51,403 bases of DNA from Candidatus Saccharimonadia bacterium (lineage in GTDB: Bacteria > Patescibacteriota > Saccharimonadia > UBA4664 > JBIOIQ01): NCBI GenBank assembly GCA_044449985.1, contig JBIOIQ010000006.1:1-51403 (forward strand), given 5' to 3'. The position numbers and the translations under genes were made by a program. Positions within the stretch are counted from its first letter, which is position 1. Each line of letters starts with the position of its first letter. The notes below the pieces were generated by a model. That model worked only from the letters and a program-made list of their open reading frames with translations, was not told the origin of the DNA and searched no databases. Below are positions 38,636 through 50,672 of the stretch, in pieces.

Positions 38636-39107
38636 ACTTCCAGACTCGCTTTATACTCCCCAGAGTATTCATCAAGTGCTCGCCGAACTTGTAGCCCAAA
38701 GGGTCTGGATGCAACACGAGCAGATTAAAACTCAAGTCATCGGAAGTTCGGGAGAATTAAGCACTACACCTGTTGTATCCAAATGGACGAGCGAACTTAT
38801 CAAGGTTAATAATTTATCAACACCTGAAGCAATCGATGAAATAAGTGCAGAACTAACGACGCTACTTGATAAAGCACCTCGCATTCATTTCACATTCGCT
38901 GCGCCGCCACTCGAACTAACTAAAATTCGTTTTGTCGATTGGGTTCGGACTGAACTTCATCCAAATGCTCTGGTTGAGTTTGACTTCTACTCAGGAATTT
39001 TAGGAGGAGTTGTAGTACGAACAGGTAGTCATACTTTGGACTGGTCTTTTCGAATGCAACTGTTAGCTGCTCGGGGAAGATTTGCAGAGGTGCTTCGAAA
39101 TGTTTGA
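38625..39107 (+). CDS. F1 delta-like subunit (divergent)
   Basis: C-terminal ILGGVVVRTGSHTLDWSFRMQL matches the delta/OSCP pattern. Confidence 0.75.
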   Translation: MKYKLPDSLYTPQSIHQVLAELVAQRVWMQHEQIKTQVIGSSGELSTTPVVSKWTSELIKVNNLSTPEAIDEISAELTTLLDKAPRIHFTFAAPPLELTKIRFVDWVRTELHPNALVEFDFYSGILGGVVVRTGSHTLDWSFRMQLLAARGRFAEVLRNV

Positions 39108-40582
39108 TAACCAAAATTTCGAAAAACTTGTCCAGCACGGCAATCTTACGGGAGAGGTAGTGTCGGCAAATGGGTTTATTGTTGAAGTGAAGGGTCTCTA
39201 TGGTGTAAGACTTGGCGCTCAAGTATTGTTTTCAAATGGCGATAGGGGTCTTGTTCGCGAGGCGCATGGTGATAGGGTTACTTTATTTGATTTGGATTCT
39301 GAGGAAATCGAACCCGGGGCTCTGGTTGTTCTAGAACAGAACTTGCTTCAAGTTCCAGTGGGGGAGGGCTTGATTGGTCGGGTTGTAACCCCACTTGGCG
39401 AACCTATTGATGATAAAGGTTCTATAACTTTTGCATCGACTTCGGGTATTTTCAATCCTGCACCCGGCATTATGGCAAGGAGCACATTGAAAGATCAGCT
39501 GGCAACGGGAGTAGCATTTGTAGATATGATGTTTCCGGTCGTGCTTGGTCAAAGAATTGCCGTTCTTGGCGATAGCAAATCTGGTAAAAGTACCTTTTTA
39601 ACACAACTTACACAGAATCAGAAAGGTACAAGTCGGATTGTAATCTATGTACTGATAGGCAAGCGAAAGGTTGAGATTAATAATTTAATAAACAGGCTAA
39701 AAGATTCCGGCGCAATTGCGTATTCGATCGTGGTTGTAGCAAATATCTTCGACTCTTTAACGCAGAGCTATATTGCACCGTACGCGGCCTGTGCGATGGG
39801 AGAATACCTCTGGCATAACGGCTATGATGTAATCTGCATCTATGATGATCTTTCAAGCCACGCAGAAGCTTACCGGGAGTTATCGCTCTTGCAAGAGGTT
39901 GATCCTGGTCGGGATTCATATCCAGGTGACATGTTTTATGCTCATTCTTCGCTTCTAGAACGTGCAGGAAAGTTAAAAGCCACCGGCAAAACCTTAACTG
40001 CGCTACCTGTAATCATGACCCCGAATGATGACATCACGGCCTATCTGCCTACTAGTATTATGTCGATTACCGATGGGCAAATAATATTTGATCTAAAATC
40101 ATTTCGCCAGGGGATTCGGCCAGGTGTAAATGCTGGTCTATCGGTATCCCGGGTGGGTGGTCAGGCCCAAACTGTTCGTCAAAAACGACTGTCTGGGAAT
40201 TTATTTAAGAAACTGGCTCAATTTCACTCGGCAGAAGAATTCTCTCATTTTGGTTCGAGTTTATCGTCGGAAGCGAATGTTGATTTGCAACTCGGTAGAC
40301 ATATTTATGAGGCTCTCAAGCAAACCCCTGAAGAGTTATTTACACTAACCGAGCAACAGCTTGTGTTGGAAACGGTAATTGCTGATGGCGGAAAAGAACC
40401 TCTTGATATTCCCGAGCTGAAAAAATCTGCTATCAGTGTTGGCGCAGAAGTAAAAGATGAAGCTGATTTTGACCGTTTAGTGCCGGAGCTGTTGAAAAAA
40501 CATATGAAACCGATTGAAGCTCCAATTTTACCGCCAAAAGTCCCAGAATCTAATAAGGCTGGCTCTAATCAGGGGAAAGAAC

Positions 40583-40596
<14 letters not shown>
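39100..40596 (+). CDS. atpA: F1-like ATPase alpha subunit (divergent)
   Basis: GRVVTPLGEPID, GQR, P-loop GDSKSGKST, YDDLS, PGRDSYPGDMFY, SITDGQI, SVSRVGG. Confidence 0.88.
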
Positions 40597-43096
<2,500 letters not shown>

Positions 43097-44170
43097 TTAT
43101 TGATCTATGTGGTAATCAAAAACATAGCCAACACCGATGGCTGGTGAGTTTATTGTACTTATGCTAAAGCCACTGGTACTTCGATTAACGTAGTAACCTA
43201 AGGGCACGCCAGCCGTACTGGAAGGATCTGGACCAATCGGTGTAATAGTGACGTGGGGTATTGCACCGTAAGCCGCTCTAAAACTGATATTAACTAGAGT
43301 CCCTGCGGCCGGGGATTGACCGGTATTAATAACAATGGTACCGGCCGTATCGTTGCCGCTTATTGAAACGGTACCAGCGGGGCCAACGCCTGCACCTGTT
43401 GAAACGCCTGGTTGAGAACCGCCCGTAATAATGTGCCCTCCGATGGTCAGCGTTGTGGTCGAGGTGAGACTAGCTGCCGAAAAATTACTTGTGGTCAGAG
43501 AACCCCCAACTGTTAAGTTTCCTGTAACCGTTAAGCCAGCTGTAGTTAGTAGCTGTGCGATCGTCACATCACCCTGGAGATGTGACGTGCCAGCAACTGT
43601 GACGTTGCTTCTAAATGCGGTATCTCCAAGCGTTGTTGCGCCGTTAACATTAAGTTGCGTCAGACTAGTGTTTCCCGCCGATAGTTGCGTGATACTAGTA
43701 CTACCGGCTGTTAGGTTGTTGCCTAATTTGACATCCTTTTCGACCGACAAAGTCCCGTTAAAAACCGCATTAGGTGAGACTACCAAGGATTCAGTGCCTG
43801 TCCCAATGGCGTTTCCACTTACTCCTAGCTGATCGAGTAAGTTCTTGTTCAAAACAATATTTGCGAGACTTCCTGAAGTACTCGATTTTGCCTGCTTCCT
43901 GATAAAATACGTCACAATTGCAACGTTTGCTCCTATCAGGACAACAATTACGGCGAGGGCGATAAAGGTCGCCCGGTGGCTAGGACGGAAAGTTCTGCGT
44001 GCCAGTTTGATCGGTTTCTTTGGTGCGCCTTTTTGCGATTGCGCAGCGTCATCACTACGAGGTTGCAGAACAACCGGACCGGCCTCGGGAGTGTCCGCAG
44101 TATCCGCTTCGGATGAAACCTGCTGTGCTTGATTTCGTTGCGAATCCTTTGATTGATCCATAACTTCCAC
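43097..44170 (-). CDS. Membrane-anchored fibre-like protein (beta-repeat shaft plus C-terminal beta domain)
   Basis: Cytoplasmic N-tail, TM, LTVxG repeats, GHIITGG...ISGNDTAGTIVINTG...PHVTITP; start 44170 (GTG) or 44161. Confidence 0.7.
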   Translation of the reverse strand: MEVMDQSKDSQRNQAQQVSSEADTADTPEAGPVVLQPRSDDAAQSQKGAPKKPIKLARRTFRPSHRATFIALAVIVVLIGANVAIVTYFIRKQAKSSTSGSLANIVLNKNLLDQLGVSGNAIGTGTESLVVSPNAVFNGTLSVEKDVKLGNNLTAGSTSITQLSAGNTSLTQLNVNGATTLGDTAFRSNVTVAGTSHLQGDVTIAQLLTTAGLTVTGNLTVGGSLTTSNFSAASLTSTTTLTIGGHIITGGSQPGVSTGAGVGPAGTVSISGNDTAGTIVINTGQSPAAGTLVNISFRAAYGAIPHVTITPIGPDPSSTAGVPLGYYVNRSTSGFSISTINSPAIGVGYVFDYHIDQ

Positions 44171-44279
44171 TTATTGCTTGCGTAATTATAGCGCTTAAGC
44201 TTTATCCGAAGCAAATCTATAAGGTTAGGTTTATCGTAAGCGGTTTGCAAAACAGGAGGGCATAGGCCACAATATTCAT

Positions 44280-44996
44280 ATGTTGCGGCGTTTGTTATTG
44301 GTGGCGGCGATACTTGGGCTGCTTGCACAAGTTACCTATGCTGATACGCTTAAATCTTCCCATTTTGAGGTTGATGAAAGTTTTATCGGTGGAGGTGGTT
44401 TGATCAATGAAAATTCTTCTAATTTTTCTGCTGCTGAATCGATTGGGGATGCTGGGATAGGACTGTCGAACTCAACTAGTTATATTTCCAACTCAGGATA
44501 TACTACTGATAATGATCCAGCGCTAAGTTTTTACGTTTCTTCCACGCCAGTTACATTTACAACTCTTTCTCCTCTGACTGCAGCAACCGCGACTTCAACT
44601 TTTAGCGTCGTAAATTACACCAGCTGGGGGTATGTCGTCCAGATAATTGGCAATACACCCTCCTATGTCGGTCATTCCATACCTGCTATGGGGACGTTAG
44701 GTCCATCACAGGTGGGGACCGAACAATACGGCATCAACTTAGTAGCAAACATCTCACCAATTTCATTTGGATCAAATCCGGACAATGGAACCCCGGTATT
44801 TGGCTATGGTCAGGCCGCAACGGGGTATAATACAGCGAATAATTATAAATATGCCAGCGGAGACACGATTGCTAATGCTCCTAAAAGCTCTGGTAAAACT
44901 AATTACACCATCTCATATATTATGAATGTGACCAATGTGACGCCCGGTGGAGTCTACACTACCCAGCAACAATTAATTTGCACCGGAACTTACTGA
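44280..44996 (+). CDS. Secreted WxL/pilin-like protein (single-domain paralog)
   Basis: Signal peptide; shares GTEQYGINLVAN, YNTANNYKY and YTTQQQLICTGTY with the three downstream paralogs. Confidence 0.65.
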   Translation: MLRRLLLVAAILGLLAQVTYADTLKSSHFEVDESFIGGGGLINENSSNFSAAESIGDAGIGLSNSTSYISNSGYTTDNDPALSFYVSSTPVTFTTLSPLTAATATSTFSVVNYTSWGYVVQIIGNTPSYVGHSIPAMGTLGPSQVGTEQYGINLVANISPISFGSNPDNGTPVFGYGQAATGYNTANNYKYASGDTIANAPKSSGKTNYTISYIMNVTNVTPGGVYTTQQQLICTGTY

Positions 44997-45018
44997 AAAG
45001 AGTTTGATCTGGAAAAAC

Positions 45019-45058
45019 GTTGTAAAAAATCTGTTGTAAAAAATCTGTTGTAAAAAAT
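45019..45058 (+). repeat. 14-bp tandem repeat, nearly three copies (GTTGTAAAAAATCT)
   Basis: Read directly; ends 2 bp before TTGACA. Confidence 0.9.
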
Positions 45059-45060
45059 AC

Positions 45061-45090
45061 TTGACACCCCTAAAACGCTAATGCTAAGGT
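45061..45090 (+). promoter_or_regulatory. Sigma70 promoter with AGCRTWAGCRT motif in the spacer
   Basis: TTGACA-18 nt-TAAGGT with extended TG; ACGCTAATGCT at 45075-45085. Confidence 0.65.
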
Positions 45091-45159
45091 TGAGCTAACA
45101 AACTATAAACCGTGCAAAAAGCACAACAGACAAACCAAGGGTAGGAAACCGTAACAAAA

Positions 45160-46197
45160 ATGCAAAGATTAAAGCGAGTATTATCAAGACTTGTCATAGT
45201 CGCGCTTATATTAAGCTTGATCCCGGCTTTGCCTGTGTTTGCTGGTCAGATCACTGCCCGGTCTTTGACTATTAGTACATCACAGGGCAATACTGCTGCG
45301 ACTTGGAGTTTTGCATTTACGGTACCTTCAACCACGGTACTGAAGTCTGTTCGTTTTGAAGTCTGCACCACAGCGGCTTTAACTTGTACTGTGCCAACCG
45401 GGTGGGTGAATACCGGCTCTACACTTAGCTCGACCACTGGTATTGGTGCGGGATGGACAATCGATCTCGCAACGAACTCAGATAGTTTGGGCATAACAAA
45501 TGCCAGTAACTCAACGTCTTCTTCCGGTGCTACTACGGTAGTCTTTCACACTGTGACTAACCCAAATACGGTTAATACAAGCTGGTATGTCCGGATGACC
45601 ACGTATTCAACTTCAACTTATTCAACCCAAGTTGATGCTGGTACTGTAACCGCTTCAACTACGCAACAAATTAGTTTGACCGGAATAATGCCTGAGTCAC
45701 TGGTTTTCTGTACAGGTACAACCATAACTGGTACCGACTGCAGTACAATCACGGGAAGCACTGTCAACTTCGGTCTATTCTCGGCCATCTCAACTGCATC
45801 GGGGAGCTCGGTAATGGCTGCTTCAACGAATGCCGGTTCCGGATATGTCATCACGGTCAACGGAAATACGCTTCAGTCCGGCGCAAATTCAATTACGCAA
45901 ATGTCTTCTTCGACAACATCGGTCATTGGAACTAGCCAGTTTGGGATGAACTTAAAAGCTAATACCATTCCTTCGGTCGGTGCTGAAGTTACCGGACCGG
46001 GAAGTTCAGCCTCAACAGCCGGATACAATACTGTGAATAACTTCAAATATACGACTGCCGATACAGTTGCAAACTCAGGCGGAGCCGCCTCGGACGCAAA
46101 TACTTTCACTGTTTCATATATTGTAAACGTCCCAGGAAACCAGGCCGCTGGTACCTATACCACTACACTAACTTACATCTGTACAGCAACTTTTTAA
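45160..46197 (+). CDS. Secreted two-domain WxL/pilin-like protein, paralog 1
   Basis: Signal VFA|G, Thr/Ser-rich beta protein with Cys pairs, C-terminal AGTYTTTLTYICTATF. Confidence 0.75.
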   Translation: MQRLKRVLSRLVIVALILSLIPALPVFAGQITARSLTISTSQGNTAATWSFAFTVPSTTVLKSVRFEVCTTAALTCTVPTGWVNTGSTLSSTTGIGAGWTIDLATNSDSLGITNASNSTSSSGATTVVFHTVTNPNTVNTSWYVRMTTYSTSTYSTQVDAGTVTASTTQQISLTGIMPESLVFCTGTTITGTDCSTITGSTVNFGLFSAISTASGSSVMAASTNAGSGYVITVNGNTLQSGANSITQMSSSTTSVIGTSQFGMNLKANTIPSVGAEVTGPGSSASTAGYNTVNNFKYTTADTVANSGGAASDANTFTVSYIVNVPGNQAAGTYTTTLTYICTATF

Positions 46198-46274
46198 AGG
46201 AGGGTATTGAACAAAAAATAAAACCAATTATTAACTGTTAGAACAACTACACGCACACTTTGAAATTAAAAATC

Positions 46275-46304
46275 TTGACTTCCTCATAATGCTAATGCTA
46301 ATAT
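46275..46304 (+). promoter_or_regulatory. Sigma70 promoter with AGCRTWAGCRT motif in the spacer
   Basis: TTGACT-18 nt-TAATAT with extended TG; ATGCTAATGCT at 46289-46299. Confidence 0.65.
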
Positions 46305-46370
46305 AAGTACAACCTTAAGTGCACAAAGCACGAAAAAGCAAAAACGCAAAAGGGGAAAAAAATAAAAAAT

Positions 46371-47408
46371 ATGAATAGACTGAAGAAGCTATTTTCTCGC
46401 GTAGTAATACTAAGTCTGATACTCAGTATGTTTTACGTGTTACCGGCTTCAGCATCACAAATAACCGCGCGAACGCTGCTAATCAGTACATCGCAGGGAA
46501 ATACACCGGCAACTTGGACACTGACTTTTACCGTGCCAAACTTAACGGCACTCAAGTCAGTTCGCTTTCAAGTTTGTACTACCGCAGCCCTAACCTGTAC
46601 GATACCCACCGGGTGGACAAACACCGGTGCGACTTTGGGTTCAACGATCGGCATCGGGGCAGGCTGGACTATAGATCTCGCCACAAACTCGGATAGCCTT
46701 GGTATCACAAACCCCGGTAATGTAACGGCATCTTCAGGGCCGACGACGGTGGTTTTCAATAATGTCACTAATCCAAATACTGTTAACACTAGTTGGTATG
46801 TTAGGATTACTACTTATACAGATGCGACTTATACAACGCTCCTAGACTCCGGTACTGTCACTGCTTCGACTACTCAACAGATCCAACTAACCGGAATAAT
46901 GCCTGAGTCCCTAGTGTTTTGTACTGGTACCAGTATTTCCGGCACAGACTGCAGTAGTATCACCGGCAACACGGTTAATTTTGGTTTGTTTTCAGCCATC
47001 TCGACTGCATCTGGTACTTCAGTGATGGCTGCTTCAACTAATGCGGGATCTGGTTACGCCATAACGGTAAACGGTAATACCCTGCAGTCTGGCGCCAACT
47101 CCGTCACGCAAATGTCAGCCTCAGCCGCAGCGGTTATAGGCACCAGTCAATTTGGCATGAACTTAAAAGCCAATACTGCGCCTTCGGTTGGTACTGAAGT
47201 AGCAGGACCAGGTTCGTCGGTATCTTCGGTCGGGTATAACACGGTAAATAATTTCAAATATACCACTGGTGACACAGTAGCCAGTTCTTTGGGGGCTGCT
47301 TCAGATGCGAATACTTTTACGGTTTCTTATATTGTAAATGTTCCCGGTAATCAGCAAGCCGGTACTTATACAACCACTCTAACCTATATTTGCACCGCCA
47401 CTTTTTAG
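46371..47408 (+). CDS. Secreted two-domain WxL/pilin-like protein, paralog 2
   Basis: Same length as paralog 1 and colinear with it; identical C-terminus. Confidence 0.75.
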   Translation: MNRLKKLFSRVVILSLILSMFYVLPASASQITARTLLISTSQGNTPATWTLTFTVPNLTALKSVRFQVCTTAALTCTIPTGWTNTGATLGSTIGIGAGWTIDLATNSDSLGITNPGNVTASSGPTTVVFNNVTNPNTVNTSWYVRITTYTDATYTTLLDSGTVTASTTQQIQLTGIMPESLVFCTGTSISGTDCSSITGNTVNFGLFSAISTASGTSVMAASTNAGSGYAITVNGNTLQSGANSVTQMSASAAAVIGTSQFGMNLKANTAPSVGTEVAGPGSSVSSVGYNTVNNFKYTTGDTVASSLGAASDANTFTVSYIVNVPGNQQAGTYTTTLTYICTATF

Positions 47409-47496
47409 TGACTTTGCTCTTATCTACATAAATCGTCTTTACAGCCTAATAGCACTGGTGTTAATCTAGGAGTAATTAAAGTGCTTGTGGTTTTTG

Positions 47497-48567
47497 ATGA
47501 ATTATCGACGCCTGTTGGGTGTGCCGGATGTTCGAAAGCTTGTTCGTTGGCTGACGATCGCGACATTGATCGCGGCTTTGTTGCCAATTTTACCGGCACA
47601 AGCTGCCCAGATAACTAGTCGAAAACTTACGATCGGTACGTCACTTGGAAACGCGGCGACAACTTGGAATTTTAGTTTCACGGTTCCGACTACTGGTACG
47701 ACCTTAAGAGGGATGCGTTTTGAAGTATGCACTACCGCATCTGGTACATGTACCGTGCCGACCGGTTGGGTTAATACGGGGGCCACATTGGCCTCACAAC
47801 CAACAAATGCTGGTACTGGTTGGACAATTGACCTCTCAACTTATTCGGATAGCCTAGGTATTACTACGGGATCCAGTCAATCAATTACCGGTGGTGGAGT
47901 GCTGGCGGTTAACTTCAATACTGTTACGAATCCAAATACGACGAACACCACATGGTATGTCCGAATTTCAACATATAATGGCGCATCATATACTACCCAA
48001 GTTGACACTGGTACTGTGACTGCCAGTACTGCTACACAAATTGTTGTATCCGGAACTATGCCTGAATCTCTCATCTTCTGTACTGGTACAAGTATTACCG
48101 GCACAAATTGTGCCACGATCACAGGCAGTACTGTAGCTCTAGGGTTTTTCTCGCCTACGAGTACGGTTTATGGTACGTCAATCATAGGAGCATCTACTAA
48201 TGCCGGTAGTGGGTATGTTATAACAGTTAACGGGGCAACATTAACTTCGGGGGCTAATACAATTCCTGCTATGGGATCAGCCACTACATCAAATGTTGGG
48301 ACTGGGCAATTCGGGTTAAATCTAGTGGCGAATACGTCTCCGTCTGTAGGTACGGCTGTTTCGGGACCTGGTACTTCAACTGCCTTCACCAACTACGATA
48401 CTGTCAATAATTTCAAGTTTACTACTGGCGACACCGTGGCTACTTCCGGGGGTGCTGCTTCGGATGTCAATGTGTTTACAGTGTCTTATATCGCCAACGT
48501 CGCTGGAAATCAAGCCACTGGCAACTACACCTCAACCCTAACTTATATTTGTACGGCGACTTTCTAG
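47497..48567 (+). CDS. Secreted two-domain WxL/pilin-like protein, paralog 3
   Basis: Signal AQA|A, colinear with paralogs 1 and 2, ends GNYTSTLTYICTATF; start uncertain (47485/47497/47521). Confidence 0.75.
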   Translation: MNYRRLLGVPDVRKLVRWLTIATLIAALLPILPAQAAQITSRKLTIGTSLGNAATTWNFSFTVPTTGTTLRGMRFEVCTTASGTCTVPTGWVNTGATLASQPTNAGTGWTIDLSTYSDSLGITTGSSQSITGGGVLAVNFNTVTNPNTTNTTWYVRISTYNGASYTTQVDTGTVTASTATQIVVSGTMPESLIFCTGTSITGTNCATITGSTVALGFFSPTSTVYGTSIIGASTNAGSGYVITVNGATLTSGANTIPAMGSATTSNVGTGQFGLNLVANTSPSVGTAVSGPGTSTAFTNYDTVNNFKFTTGDTVATSGGAASDVNVFTVSYIANVAGNQATGNYTSTLTYICTATF

Positions 48568-49560
48568 ATGCGCTCTAGGCGACACATCGCGACCATTAGC
48601 TTGGCCATCGGTGTTTTGGGAAACTTGGCTTTGCCTTTTATCGCATCAGGAGCAACATCTCCGGCACCTGCTAACGCACCAGGTTCGGGTGAGGGGCTCG
48701 AATTATCTCCACCAATTGTCCAACTTTCGGCCGATCCGGGTCAAACCATCGTGACTAATATTCGTATCCGAAATATTACCCAAGAAAATTTATATGCGAC
48801 ACCGGTTGCTGATGACTTTGGCGCTAAAGGTGAAAATGGCGATCCGCAAATATTACTTGATGAAACTCAAGCCACTAGATATTCGCTTAAGTATTGGATA
48901 GAGGGTATGGCACCGATACTTCTCGTACCTAATGAAATCAAGACGGCATCGGTAAAAATTGTGATTCCTGCCAATGCTGAACCCGGTGGACACTATGGTG
49001 TAGTAAGGTTCACTGCCACACCGGCCGGATTAGAGGGGAGCGGTGTGGCTTTATCTGCCAGCATCGGAACTCTAATTTTACTTCGAGTAAACGGTCCCGT
49101 GACTGAAAAACTTTCGTTGGTTGATATGTTCTTGAGTAAAAATGGCACTACCGGGTCATTTTTTGAAAATGGGCCACTTATGATTACCCAACGCATTAGT
49201 AACTCGGGGACGGTTCATTTAGAGCCCATTGGTAGCGTCATTGTGACCAATATGTTCGGGAAAAAAATTGCCTCTCTTGATATTAATAATCCGCCCCGAA
49301 ATATTTTACCGGATAGCATTCGCAGGTTTGATGAGACGCTTACGAGTACCTGGATGTTTGGTCGCTACACTGCCAGTCTAAAAGTTACATATGGACAAAC
49401 GAATGGTAGCTTTGTGACAAGTCTGAGCTTTTGGGTCATACCTTGGAAATTATTGCTTATCAGTTTAGTGTTAATAATCATATTCTTGTTTGGACTTCGA
49501 TTTGCAGTGCGACGCTACAACCAATATATAATCGCTCAAGCACGGCGAGCTAAGAAGTAA
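48568..49560 (+). CDS. DUF916/DUF3324 (WxL-interacting)-like membrane-anchored protein, putative assembly chaperone/anchor
   Basis: LELSPP, IRIRN, IPANAEPGGHYG, ISNSGTVHL, NILPDSIRRF, GRYTA, FWVIPW and a C-terminal TM with basic tail; ATG abuts the paralog 3 stop. Confidence 0.7.
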   Translation: MRSRRHIATISLAIGVLGNLALPFIASGATSPAPANAPGSGEGLELSPPIVQLSADPGQTIVTNIRIRNITQENLYATPVADDFGAKGENGDPQILLDETQATRYSLKYWIEGMAPILLVPNEIKTASVKIVIPANAEPGGHYGVVRFTATPAGLEGSGVALSASIGTLILLRVNGPVTEKLSLVDMFLSKNGTTGSFFENGPLMITQRISNSGTVHLEPIGSVIVTNMFGKKIASLDINNPPRNILPDSIRRFDETLTSTWMFGRYTASLKVTYGQTNGSFVTSLSFWVIPWKLLLISLVLIIIFLFGLRFAVRRYNQYIIAQARRAKK

Positions 49561-49602
49561 GTTCAGATGAAGAACAGGTAGCATAAGTGGTATAATACGG
49601 GC

Positions 49603-50586
49603 GTGTATTCTCGTATTAAAATTAGTTACCATCGCTACAGCGGAAGATTTTTACCCCACGCACATACATCATATGCCAGTCTGGCTTTTTTAATTATTTT
49701 GATGGCGGTAGTGCTCGGGACTACTACCGTTGGGGTAGAGTCGTACAATTATGGAGATCCAAATCCCGGTCCTTTTGCTGGTTCGGTCGCTCTTACCGGA
49801 ACGGTCAAAGAACCGCCACCGACACAGGCCGCAGTGATTACGAATCCGACGAATGGTCAGAGTTTTAGCGCAACTCCGATTACCGTTAATGGCACCTGTC
49901 CCACCGGTACGATTATCGAGCTGTTTAAAAATAATATATTTGCTGGCTCGACACCCTGTCAGAACGACGCGACTTTTAGTCTCCAGACAGATTTGCTCTA
50001 TGGGCCAAATGCATTAGTTGCCCAAGTATTTGACGTACTAGATCAGGCTGGTCCATTTTCGAATACGGTAAATGTGAATTACACCGCCTTGCCACAACAG
50101 ACGGCACCGATAGATTCGAGTAACCTTAATGATATCCAGTTATTACTCAGAACTAGCCCCGTATACCGAGGAATCTTTCCAGGTACTCCCTTAAGCGTGC
50201 CGATTGACGTGATTGCCGGAAGTCCTCCATTTGCTATCAATATCGACTGGGGAGATAACACGAGTGATCTTATATCTCGAGCCGATAATACTGAATTTAA
50301 TGCCAATCATACCTATGCGAAGCCGGGGACTTATCAAATAACGCTTCGTGCGACCGATAACAAAGGTCGTTTGGCATTTTTGACTTTTATTGCAGTTGTA
50401 AACGGGAAAGCTGAAATTGCCGGATCGGTTACTACTACTCCGACGCTAACCTCTGGACGTAATACGTTGTTAATTGTCTGGCCACTCCTGGGAGTAGCCG
50501 GTTTGCTGGTGTCAAGTTTCTGGTTTGGCGAAAGGCGTGAAAAACAAAAACTAGCCGAACGCGGCGAGTTAATTCCGGCGACATAA
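49603..50586 (+). CDS. Membrane protein with Ig-like and PKD domains
   Basis: N-terminal TM, ITNPTNG Ig-like domain, IDWGD...HTYAKPGTY PKD motif, C-terminal TM. Confidence 0.75.
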   Translation: MYSRIKISYHRYSGRFLPHAHTSYASLAFLIILMAVVLGTTTVGVESYNYGDPNPGPFAGSVALTGTVKEPPPTQAAVITNPTNGQSFSATPITVNGTCPTGTIIELFKNNIFAGSTPCQNDATFSLQTDLLYGPNALVAQVFDVLDQAGPFSNTVNVNYTALPQQTAPIDSSNLNDIQLLLRTSPVYRGIFPGTPLSVPIDVIAGSPPFAINIDWGDNTSDLISRADNTEFNANHTYAKPGTYQITLRATDNKGRLAFLTFIAVVNGKAEIAGSVTTTPTLTSGRNTLLIVWPLLGVAGLLVSSFWFGERREKQKLAERGELIPAT

Positions 50587-50672
50587 TTTGTTCAATTATT
50601 ACAGGTTCAAAATAAGCATAATAAGCTTGGCAAACCAGTAAAAAACGCTTATGCTATAGGCATAGGAGTTTA

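Noticed and set aside
45019-45058. CRISPR array
   Set aside because: The 14-bp units are head-to-tail with no spacers, and the window has no cas genes.
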